Shown one piece after another: positions 18,385 through 26,371 of a stretch of 64,000 nt of DNA; position 1 is the stretch's first letter; every line of letters starts with the position of its first letter. The stretch comes from a virus (taxonomy: Duplodnaviria; Caudoviricetes): the IMG/VR virus record IMGVR_UViG_3300028591_000004, positions 86,781-150,780 of that record, one strand, 5' to 3'. A program made the position numbers and the translations under genes. Under the pieces are notes generated by a model. That model ran no database searches and was not told where the DNA came from. It saw nothing but the letters and a program-made list of their open reading frames with translations.

Positions 18385-18792
18385 AGGAGATGAACATCCT
18401 GAAAGTTTCAGACGTTATAAACAGAATAAACGATATAGAAAAATGCAGACGCTATCTGGAAGAATGGATGGATGGAAAAATTATGGATCAGAACCAGATT
18501 GATGCTATTGCGGACGATATTGATACGCATTTGGAAGCATATGCAGAGATGCTCATGAACAAAGAAATAAAATAACAAATTAAGAACGGAAAGAAGCATC
18601 GCTATGGTTATTAAAATAGCTGAAGACGGAACCGTTACATGGAAGTTTTATAAAAAATCATATAAGAAAGCCAGATGGAAAAGGCTCGGGGCACGACTGC
18701 TTGTAGACTTTCAAAAGGAAGCAGGAGCTCATGGTTTGATATTCGTTATTTGGAATCGATAAAATAAAACGTTAACTCAGAGAGGGATAGAC

Positions 18793-19005
18793 ATGAGCAA
18801 GTGGATGGAAAAGCTTACGCGCAAGACAGATAAATATAATCCGCGCAAGCGAAAGCAATATAAAAAATCCAGATATCGTAAACAAGCAAGAAAGTTTGAG
18901 ATATGGTGCGATAAAGAAGAGGCCGAAGCAGAAGAGTTTGAACGTCTGCATCCAAACTGGGTGGCCGAGCTTGATGAGATGCTCACTAAACAACATGTTA
19001 AATAA
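18793..19005 (+). CDS. Basic hypothetical protein
   Basis: RBS GAGGG; Lys/Arg-rich. Confidence 0.5.
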   Translation: MSKWMEKLTRKTDKYNPRKRKQYKKSRYRKQARKFEIWCDKEEAEAEEFERLHPNWVAELDEMLTKQHVK

Positions 19006-19016
19006 GGAATTGAAAA

Positions 19017-19265
19017 ATGGATATTCAAACTAATGTAGATATACTAATGCAAGCAGATTTTAAAGATTGGCATTATTATGAAATGCAACAAAAGAAAATG
19101 GAGCTTATCTCCCTTTTAAAAGAACGTGAAAAAGAAAATGACCAAGATGTTCCTTTAATCTCTCTTCGGGGTTATGCGTTGACGCATGAAGACGTTACGC
19201 GCATGGCAGAAGAAGTAGAAGATGAATTAAACAAAACAAGAAAAGAACTCGGATATAAAGAATAG
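19017..19265 (+). CDS. Hypothetical protein
   Basis: RBS AAGGA; operon spacing. Confidence 0.55.
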   Translation: MDIQTNVDILMQADFKDWHYYEMQQKKMELISLLKEREKENDQDVPLISLRGYALTHEDVTRMAEEVEDELNKTRKELGYKE

Positions 19266-19302
19266 CTGAAACAATAATTCAGCATGAAAAATCTAATTAC
19301 AA

Positions 19303-19480
19303 TGCTGTGGCGGAATAGGTAGACGTAAATACAAATTCACAGGGATGCAGCAGTAGACGGTTGGCGGGCATGCGAGGGTTGAGACTACGCGCCGAAAAAG
19401 CGGCTCCAGTCGTAGAGGACGTAAAAACTCGGAACTGTGAAGAATAAAGCCCGTATGCGAGGTGCAAATCCTCACCAGCA
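19303..19480 (+). ncRNA. Anticodon-less tRNA-like RNA, copy D
   Basis: TGCTG/CAGCA acceptor (compensatory); GCG-GAATAGGTAGA-CGT; GCGAGG-TGCAAAT-CCTCAC. Confidence 0.8.
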
Positions 19481-19500
19481 CAACATAAGTTCACATTGAT

Positions 19501-19691
19501 ATGCGGTGGCGGAATAGATTGCCATCATTCCTGCGGAGAGTAAATAAGGGCGTGTCTCTCATCCAAGTACACCTGATCACAGGGGCGCAGGTCACGGCTA
19601 AAGTAGACGCTAGGCAGAGCCGAACACGAGACAGATGGAGCAGCCGGAAGGTACACAGTCTGTCATGTGAGGTGCAAATCCTCACCCGCAT
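19501..19691 (+). ncRNA. Anticodon-less tRNA-like RNA, copy E, with 85-nt D-loop insertion
   Basis: 5' 17 nt and a 3' 32-nt block identical to copy A; GGAATAG and GTAGACGC separated by 19518-19602. Confidence 0.8.
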
Positions 19692-19811
19692 TTTATATGT
19701 AAACATCTTAGAAGAAATAAAATTGAGAAGTTACGCTGACAAGAAACGTGCAGAAAATGCACGTTCCAGTTGTTCGGAAATTCCGAACACTTGAAAGGCT
19801 GTGAATATTAA

Positions 19812-20159
19812 ATGAAGCTGACCGAATTAATTAATTGTATTAATTTGGCATATGAACACGAAAGGCACCCAGACACTATTGATGTTGTCATTGCAATTAA
19901 AGTACCGTACATGACGGTAGGACAGGCTCCATGTGTAGGCATCAAATCTACATATATGGGTTTCGACTGGGAAGCCGGTCAATTCAGAATTATACCGGAA
20001 GAAAATCTGATGTGTGTTAAACACGATGTGCCACAAGAAGTTATTAATTGGAATGATGTATATTGCTGCCCGAAGTGTGAGCATATACTCTCTATTAATG
20101 ACAAAGATCCTGATATTAAATTCTGTAGCAAATGTGGACAGGCGGTTGAATGGAAATGA
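19812..20159 (+). CDS. Hypothetical protein with C-terminal Zn ribbon
   Basis: CPKC..FCSKCGQAVEW. Confidence 0.65.
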   Translation: MKLTELINCINLAYEHERHPDTIDVVIAIKVPYMTVGQAPCVGIKSTYMGFDWEAGQFRIIPEENLMCVKHDVPQEVINWNDVYCCPKCEHILSINDKDPDIKFCSKCGQAVEWK

Positions 20160-20482
20160 ATAAACAAGAAATAATAGATTCCTTCGAAGGCCGCATCTTA
20201 GGAGGATATCTGCATTACGGTGGATATATCCATGTACCGTTACAAGAGGCTGAGGCCATTCTCTCGTTACTGAAATCACAAGACGATTCGATTGAAGCAC
20301 ATCAGACAGCCGAAGGATTCACTTTCTTCTCTACAGGATTAGTCAAACAAGGAGAAGAGCGAGGCTTATTGTTCGGTAAAATGATGATGCATGAATGGCT
20401 TGAAAAAGAATTGCTTTATCATGAGTTGATGACAGACGATATCCAGTCAATTTTTGAAGAAGCCAAGAAGAAATTTTTATAA
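20156..20482 (+). CDS. Hypothetical protein
   Basis: Starts in a junction ATGA. Confidence 0.6.
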   Translation: MNKQEIIDSFEGRILGGYLHYGGYIHVPLQEAEAILSLLKSQDDSIEAHQTAEGFTFFSTGLVKQGEERGLLFGKMMMHEWLEKELLYHELMTDDIQSIFEEAKKKFL

Positions 20483-20664
20483 GGTGAAGCAAAATGAAAT
20501 TACAAGTTGATATATTGGATTTGCGGAAAATGATCAAAGAAAAATGTGAAGAAATTATAAGCGATCCAAAGCTTGCATATGAATTCTTTTTGCGAATTTG
20601 TGATATCGAAGAAGACGAACGATTTATGATTGTTGACGACGATTTGCAGGAGAGTATGTAAAAA

Positions 20665-20982
20665 ATGACTGATAAAGAAAAGGTTATTAAAGGATTAACG
20701 CATTGCACCGCATGGGCCGGACTGCATGAATGTCAGCCGAAGGTTGGAGATGATTGTCCATATGTAGATGAGCCGGATTGCAAGCTTTCGATTATGTACG
20801 ATGCTCTTATCTTACTGAAGAAGCAGGAACCTGTTGAACCAATTGCTATTAAACAAGAAATGTTTGACGAATTTTATGGAGCTGTTTCACGTTGTCCAAA
20901 GTGTGATTGCATGTGGGTTATGTATAGGGAAAACGATATGCATTACTGCCCTGAGTGCGGTCAGGCGGTGAAGTGGGAATGA
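20665..20982 (+). CDS. MTDxEKVIKGL-family double Cys-module protein
   Basis: MTDKEKVIKGL..CPY..DAL.LLK.QEP..CPKC..YCPECGQAVKWE. Confidence 0.75.
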   Translation: MTDKEKVIKGLTHCTAWAGLHECQPKVGDDCPYVDEPDCKLSIMYDALILLKKQEPVEPIAIKQEMFDEFYGAVSRCPKCDCMWVMYRENDMHYCPECGQAVKWE

Positions 20983-21251
20983 CAGGAAAAGACTTGCGGT
21001 ATTCCTTGGTGTTGAAAGGGTTAAGACCATCTGAGTTAGCCAATCGTATTGGCGTTTCGAGAAGCATGATTTCAAAGTGGCTTTCCGGTGCATCAAAAAT
21101 TCCATCAAAGCACGAAGATGCCATCACGCATTTTCTTGGAGAAGTTACAGATGCTGAAGCAAAAGATATGCGAAGAATTGAAGAAATAGTATCAACTATG
21201 ACAAAAGAAGAAAAAATCAATGCTGTTCAATTTATATTGAGAACACTTTAA
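20979..21251 (+). CDS. XRE/Cro-like HTH regulator
   Basis: LRPSELANRIGVSRSMISKWLSG. Confidence 0.8.
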   Translation: MTGKDLRYSLVLKGLRPSELANRIGVSRSMISKWLSGASKIPSKHEDAITHFLGEVTDAEAKDMRRIEEIVSTMTKEEKINAVQFILRTL

Positions 21252-21266
21252 GACGGTGAAGTGGGA

Positions 21267-21566
21267 ATGAGATTAATTGATGCATATGCTTTACAAGATG
21301 AAATCCAAAAAAGCAAAATGGAGAATCCGCATAAAGATGCAAAAGTTGCAAAAAATCATGAGTTTGAACATGAGCACTTTATGAAGATGGTAGTCCTTCA
21401 ACCCACTGCACAGGAAGAAGTTGTTCGGTGCAAGGATTGCAAATATAGAAGTTTTTATTGCACAGAAGCAACAGATGGAACAACGTTGTATACGTGCCAT
21501 CATCCGTGTGCTAATGATGTTCCTCGCCCGGTTGATTGGTTCTGTGCAGATGGGAAAAGGCGGTGA
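21267..21566 (+). CDS. MRLIDA / RCKDCKY-family phage protein
   Basis: MRLIDA..QPTA..VVRCKDCKY..WFCADGKRR. Confidence 0.7.
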   Translation: MRLIDAYALQDEIQKSKMENPHKDAKVAKNHEFEHEHFMKMVVLQPTAQEEVVRCKDCKYRSFYCTEATDGTTLYTCHHPCANDVPRPVDWFCADGKRR

Positions 21567-21571
21567 GGTGA

Positions 21572-21796
21572 ATGGATCAGGAATATGACTGCCTTCTTCC
21601 CCTGGAGCATACAGACAACTGGGCGCTGTCAGCAAATGCAGTTCAGAGTATTACTGGAGCTCTTCAAAAACTATTTCCTGCACTGCGCCATGAAGCATTT
21701 GAAGAGCTGGGACGGTTGGCTTTATCACCACGAGGTTGCTGTAAGACTGTCAGATGGGACGAAAAGAACCGCAGGCGTCGTATGAAAAGGCGGTGA
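21572..21796 (+). CDS. Hypothetical protein
   Basis: Bounded by junction motifs. Confidence 0.45.
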   Translation: MDQEYDCLLPLEHTDNWALSANAVQSITGALQKLFPALRHEAFEELGRLALSPRGCCKTVRWDEKNRRRRMKRR

Positions 21797-21803
21797 AGTG
21801 GAA

Positions 21804-21971
21804 ATGAGTCTTGATAAAGCTATAAAACATGGTAAAGAACACCGTAAACCGTATACAGGGAGCAAAGCCATTGATAGAACGTGTCGAAATCATGGCGGTT
21901 GCCCGTGGTGCGAAGAAAACAGGAAGCACAAAATGCGAGACAAACATCCTCCAGAGCAAGAAGGTCGGTGA
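21804..21971 (+). CDS. Small basic Cys/His protein (not in ORF track)
   Basis: MSLDKAIKHGKEHRKPY..CRNHGGCPWC; starts and ends in junction motifs. Confidence 0.7.
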   Translation: MSLDKAIKHGKEHRKPYTGSKAIDRTCRNHGGCPWCEENRKHKMRDKHPPEQEGR

Positions 21972-21978
21972 AGTGGGA

Positions 21979-22116
21979 ATGACAAAAAGCGAAGTGAAAA
22001 AGGCCCTTGATGAAATAAGGGATATGTCCGATGAAGAAATAGCTGATAACGGTCAGTTTATACGCAAAGTATCAGAAGAAGCATTAGCTCTGATTAAAAA
22101 TCTGGAAAAGCGGTGA
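21979..22116 (+). CDS. Small hypothetical protein
   Basis: Junction-to-junction ORF MTKSEVKKAL..EKR. Confidence 0.6.
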   Translation: MTKSEVKKALDEIRDMSDEEIADNGQFIRKVSEEALALIKNLEKR

Positions 22117-22123
22117 AGTTGGA

Positions 22124-22372
22124 ATGACTGACAGGGAATACGCATACATTGTTAGAAGAACGCTTGAAAACAAAATAGCGTTTGCGGAAAACAACAATCA
22201 AAACGCTCTGCTCGTAACGCTTGATGTACTGAAAGATATTCTTGCCCTGCTGAAAAAACAGGAAGAACAAGAAGAAAGAGAATATAAAGAGAAGCATCCT
22301 TGCGAATTCTGTCAGGAGTATTTATGCGATGGCTGTCCTTATTGTGCTGACGGGGGAAAGGCGGGACGGTGA
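22124..22372 (+). CDS. MTDRE-family protein
   Basis: MTDRE..DILALLKKQE..CEFC..CDGCPYCADG. Confidence 0.65.
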   Translation: MTDREYAYIVRRTLENKIAFAENNNQNALLVTLDVLKDILALLKKQEEQEEREYKEKHPCEFCQEYLCDGCPYCADGGKAGR

Positions 22373-22680
22373 TGGCTGATAGGGAGAAAGTTATAAAAGG
22401 GCTGATTTCTTGTGCAAAATGGATGAAAAACAATGATACAGACGCTTGCAATAGTTGCCCTTATCATCATCATTTCAGTTACGATGACAATAATTGCATC
22501 GCAATGGTCAACAGCGAAGCCATTGAATTGCTGAAAGAGCAAGAAGCGGTAAAAATCGAAGTAAAAAAAATTAACAGCAGTGGAAGATGTGGACGATGCC
22601 CAAACTGCCTTATCGAATTGAATGAGATGGATTATCCGGATTATTGTGGTTATTGCGGCCAGAAGGTGAGATGGGAATGA
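22372..22680 (+). CDS. MTDxEKVIKGL-family double Cys-module protein
   Basis: MADREKVIKGL..CNSCPY..ELLKEQE..CPNC..YCGYCGQKVRWE. Confidence 0.75.
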   Translation: MADREKVIKGLISCAKWMKNNDTDACNSCPYHHHFSYDDNNCIAMVNSEAIELLKEQEAVKIEVKKINSSGRCGRCPNCLIELNEMDYPDYCGYCGQKVRWE

Positions 22681-22889
22681 AAGTCAGCTATTGCGAGAAA
22701 TGCAAATGTTACGAGCGTAGAAAATGGAGCGATTGTTACATTCCGAAGAATTATCACCCAATTGGAACGAGCCATGCATACGGATATTGTAAATTGTATT
22801 GTATGCGATGCAGTGAAATCAAGCCGTATATCTGCAAAGAAAGAGTGCAAATTGGTGAAAAGGAAAGGCAGCGAAGTGGAAATAATTGA
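22677..22889 (+). CDS. Cys-rich hypothetical protein
   Basis: Junction-to-junction ORF. Confidence 0.55.
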   Translation: MKVSYCEKCKCYERRKWSDCYIPKNYHPIGTSHAYGYCKLYCMRCSEIKPYICKERVQIGEKERQRSGNN

Positions 22890-23151
22890 CAGAGAGAAGG
22901 TCATCAACGATCTTTCAACTGCATTGGTTCAGATGCACGGCCCCGGTCGGTATACACCTGAAGATGTGGATGAATTGGAAGAGGCTGGGTGGCAAGCATT
23001 GAAATTCCTTGAATCCGAAGAAGGATATAAAGTCATATATACGCAGTGCGATGGAAGCATAGAAACAATTTGTGGATGCTGCGGATATGGCTTAGACAAA
23101 AAGTATGGTATTTGCCCGAAGTGTGGAAGGCCGGTGAAATGGAATGATTGA
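22876..23151 (+). CDS. DREKVI-family protein (GTG start; usual ATG reads ATA)
   Basis: IDREKVI..CGCCG..CPKCGRPVKW. Confidence 0.6.
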   Translation: MEIIDREKVINDLSTALVQMHGPGRYTPEDVDELEEAGWQALKFLESEEGYKVIYTQCDGSIETICGCCGYGLDKKYGICPKCGRPVKWND

Positions 23152-23413
23152 CAGAGAGAAGGTTATCAAAGGACTAAAACAACACAGAGAGGCACGGCTT
23201 TATAGCTGTGATAACTGTCCATATACGAATGATACTGACTGCCAATCAAAACTATGTTCCGATGCTGTTGCCCTGTTGAAAGAGCAGGAGCCGGTGAAGC
23301 CAGATTATAGTCCGTATTACCAAGAATGGTATTGTGGAAACTGCGGGAAAATGATTCCAAGAGCATATAATTATTGCAACTATTGCGGACAGGCGGTGAA
23401 GTGGTATGACTGA
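23144..23413 (+). CDS. MTDxEKVIKGL-family double Cys-module protein
   Basis: MIDREKVIKGL..CDNCPY..LLKEQEP..CGNCG..YCNYCGQAVKW. Confidence 0.75.
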   Translation: MIDREKVIKGLKQHREARLYSCDNCPYTNDTDCQSKLCSDAVALLKEQEPVKPDYSPYYQEWYCGNCGKMIPRAYNYCNYCGQAVKWYD

Positions 23414-23735
23414 CATAGAGAAGGTTAAAAAAGGACTTGAATGCCTTGCGCAAAAACAAGCACCAACAGCAAATCCATGTAAGGATTGCGGATATATCAA
23501 TAGACCGAACTTTGCTATTTGCGTGAAAGATGTTGCGTCTGATGCTCTGGAACTGCTGAAAGAGCAGGAAGCAGAGATTGAATACATGAAGCGACCAGAC
23601 TGCGAACATGCAGAACATGACGGAATTGGATGCCTTGGCTATTGTGGATGTGCACAAGATGACGAGCCTATTGAATCTTGCAAAAGATGTGAAAAGTATA
23701 CTGGGAACGTTTATGAGGCGGTGAAGTGGGAATGA
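23406..23735 (+). CDS. MTDxEKV-family protein
   Basis: MTDIEKVKKGLEC..DALELLKEQE..AVKWE. Confidence 0.7.
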   Translation: MTDIEKVKKGLECLAQKQAPTANPCKDCGYINRPNFAICVKDVASDALELLKEQEAEIEYMKRPDCEHAEHDGIGCLGYCGCAQDDEPIESCKRCEKYTGNVYEAVKWE

Positions 23736-24112
23736 CTTGTGGAGACGCTGTTAGATGGCTTGAGAATTTAAAAAATGATATAGGCAATCCGCATTATGAA
23801 TGCCTCTGGCATTATGCGCAGGCAATAGAAGAGATCGCTGATCTACTACAAGATCAGGAGCCGAGGATTCTCGACTGGGATGAGATCAGGAATTATCCAG
23901 TTGTCTACGGAGAGTTTCGAGATGTCAAAGAAATATATCCATTGATTATTACAATAAACAGTTTCGGTGAATGTCTTTCGTGGAACCCCGGAATTAATAT
24001 AAGCAAGGAGTTTATACTCCTGGTTTCCGATGAAGAAGACAGACGGAATACACGCTGCTGGAATAAGATGCCAACAGAAGAACAGCGATTGGCGGTACAA
24101 TGGAATGACTGA
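23732..24112 (+). CDS. Hypothetical modular protein
   Basis: LLQDQEPRIL..RCW..PTEEQR.AV.W. Confidence 0.65.
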   Translation: MTCGDAVRWLENLKNDIGNPHYECLWHYAQAIEEIADLLQDQEPRILDWDEIRNYPVVYGEFRDVKEIYPLIITINSFGECLSWNPGINISKEFILLVSDEEDRRNTRCWNKMPTEEQRLAVQWND

Positions 24113-24290
24113 CAGAGAAAAAGTGATTAGAGCACTTGAGATTTGTAATTTTGGGGGAGACGGAGCCTGTTATGAAAAAGAATGTCCATACTATTGGGAT
24201 CATGATTGTTTAGATATTTTAAAAAATAAAATAATCTTCATGTTAAAAGAACAGAAACCTGTATTAATAGAAAGTCAGCCAAAATCATAA
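24105..24290 (+). CDS. MTDREKVI-family protein, N-module only
   Basis: MTDREKVIRALEIC..CPY..LKEQKP. Confidence 0.65.
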   Translation: MTDREKVIRALEICNFGGDGACYEKECPYYWDHDCLDILKNKIIFMLKEQKPVLIESQPKS

Positions 24291-25386
24291 CTGTACGGGA
24301 GGCTGCTTATGAGTTTTGATGTAAACGCTGATATCCAGCAAGCACGAGAAGACGCAAAGAGATTAAAAAAACGCAAGGGCAAACACGCGGACAAACTTAA
24401 ATTGAAGAAACACAGGAAGAAAGATTTGATTATTATGTGGTTAAACGATCTGGCAACACGTACAAAAGACATCGATGATAAAAGAATGCTGATAGATGTT
24501 ATTGACTTTTTGAAAGATAAACCGTCTAAATAAAGTTGGAGTATCGCATGATCGATTTTGGTTTATCGGATGAATATCTGAATGGTTATAACACAAGACT
24601 AAAAGATCTTCCATTCGACGACAGTCAATCAGATGAATGGAGGATGGGTTGGATAAATGCAAATCAAGCCATAAAATCAAACAAAACAAAGACCATGGAT
24701 TTGGCGGAAAAAATATACTGGATTTTAATTGAAGAAGGACAACACAACCTAAAGCTGCCGTTGGGTAGTATAATCACAAATACACCAGATGAAGTAAGAG
24801 ATATCATTAGAAAACACATCAACGAATTAACCTAAATAATGTTTTTGCAAAGGAGCATGTATAGTATGGGTCAAATATTGTTCAGACCAACATGCAGCAA
24901 GTGTAAGAAGCAGCTGTTTGGGATAATTGATTATGAATACGACATTCAGGCAATAAGCGCTGATTTCATAGATACTGCGTTATATAAAAGAGGGCATGTT
25001 GAGCCGAACTGCTGCCCGTACTGTAATGAATGGTTCGATAGCATAGAGATTCCGGGATCAATTCCTTATGAGAATTGGCCGGACAATTACCCATATTAAG
25101 ATTCAACGAGATAAAAAGGAGTTTTAAATGGACACAGACAGCATAATCTCATGCTTACTGGAGATCGAACAATACTTTTTAAAACGGGCAAAGCAAAAGA
25201 CCGATCCTGTTGATGCCGAGATAGCCGAGAACTATGCATACACAATGCGTATGATTGCGGAAGAGATCGCGAAAAAGGATCTAAGCAGCGAAAATGTATT
25301 GAAAGTATGCGGAGCAACAGGCTTGCCATGCTGTGCATGCGAGCCGTGTTGTTCTAACCGGATAGAAAACACAAAGGAGTAAAAAA

Positions 25387-25629
25387 ATGGACGAAAGAGC
25401 TATTCAATTAGTTTTGAATTATATTGCAGAACATCTGGATAAGTCAGATCCAGAACCTGATTTTGAAATTTATATTGTTTGGAAATGTAAAGCCTTACAG
25501 AACTGGAAATATCTGATCAGCACCAGCCTGTTTGATGGAATGTACTACGAGCTGACCTACAACGGCGACAAGAAAGAATGGTATCTTGACGCTTACAAGA
25601 AATTTGAAAATAAAAGAATCCCTGACTAA
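25387..25629 (+). CDS. DUF6275-like conserved phage protein
   Basis: VWKCKALQNWKYLIST..DGMYYELTYNGDKKEWYLDAYKKFEN. Confidence 0.7.
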   Translation: MDERAIQLVLNYIAEHLDKSDPEPDFEIYIVWKCKALQNWKYLISTSLFDGMYYELTYNGDKKEWYLDAYKKFENKRIPD

Positions 25630-26371
25630 CATTCATTAAACAACAGGTGATGAGATGACAGACCAAGAATGGGCAGAGCAAATAGAAAATGAATCAAATC
25701 AAAAGCTTTTTGAAACTCTGGTTTATTGCGGCACAGATATGTATTATCAATTTATTTGGAAAACAGTATTAAAAGAACTAGCCAGACGAATGGGAGATGT
25801 AGACTTTTCTAAACTTGGAATAGAATCCTGATAATAGAAAAGTTTATAAATAGAAATATGAGTAAACAATTTAATACCGATGGAATGATGACATTTCCTT
25901 CTGATAACAGAAAACCTTTAACAATGAATGCGCTTGAAAGTATTGAGTGCGCTATAGCGTTCGATGTAAGAGACTGGGGAGAAGACCGCAGAAGTGCATG
26001 GATCTATGCTATTGTATTCGGATGGGAGTACGAAGACAGCTGGGAAGAAGAGTCCAGAAAGTTCGGCTGGGACGAAGAAGATCATGAAAGAGCAAAGATA
26101 TTACATGAGCAATGGATAAAAGCAAAGGAGATAATCGATAATGAAAGGGAAAGAACTGATTAAATGGATACAGAAAAATCACGCCGAAGATCTGGATTGT
26201 ATTGTTCAGTACCGAGATTCCGGTGGAAATTACTCTGGTGGTGAGATTCTTGATCCTCCGGCGCTGGCAACCTATAAAAGAGACAAAGAAGGTAATCCAT
26301 ACAATGTCGATATTGTATACGATTCAATATTAAAAGCAAACTGTATTGTGCTCTAAACAAAGGAGAAAAGA

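Larger units (their letters stand above)
13594..18590 (+). repeat. Dispersed gene-boundary motif (A)CTTAAATAACACHTTAA and variant TTAAATAGGAG
   Basis: Copies near 13597-13624 (tandem), 13807, 16108, 16448, 16637, 17466, 17876; partial copies at 17278, 18148, 18570; RBS variant at 16275, 17054, 17712. Confidence 0.85.
20141..24108 (+). repeat. Gene-junction motif GGCGGTGAAGTGGGAATGA, 14 copies including degenerate ones
   Basis: Starts at 20141, 20964, 21252, 21559, 21789, 21964, 22109, 22360, 22662, 22867, 23130, 23392, 23717, 24091; each lies at a stop/start junction. Confidence 0.9.

Noticed and set aside
8176-19454. HDV-like (theta) or hammerhead ribozymes in the cargos
   Set aside because: The crossing topology is superficially similar, but I found no P3/L3 motif, no J4/2 catalytic C context and no CUGANGA/GAAA core.
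8151-19691. Calling the shells functional tRNA-Leu/Ser, tmRNA or group I intron-containing tRNAs
   Set aside because: They have no anticodon stem-loop, no tmRNA GGGG start, Ala identity or evident tag ORF, and the inserts are far too short for group I introns.
7736-19794. ORFs beginning MRVRICTSH or MLVRICTSH, and 19501-19794
   Set aside because: They are translations of the repeated RNA shell and have no RBS; 7736-8311 also lies antisense to hup.
21829-22116. 95-aa ORF as given in the track
   Set aside because: Better explained as two junction-bounded genes, 21804-21971 and 21979-22116.
13594-24108. CRISPR array or integron attC sites from the two boundary motifs
   Set aside because: The repeats are short, degenerate and separated by whole genes. 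Some resemble RYYYAAC, but there is no long attC palindrome ending in GTTRRRY, and the integrase looks like a phage arm-binding type.
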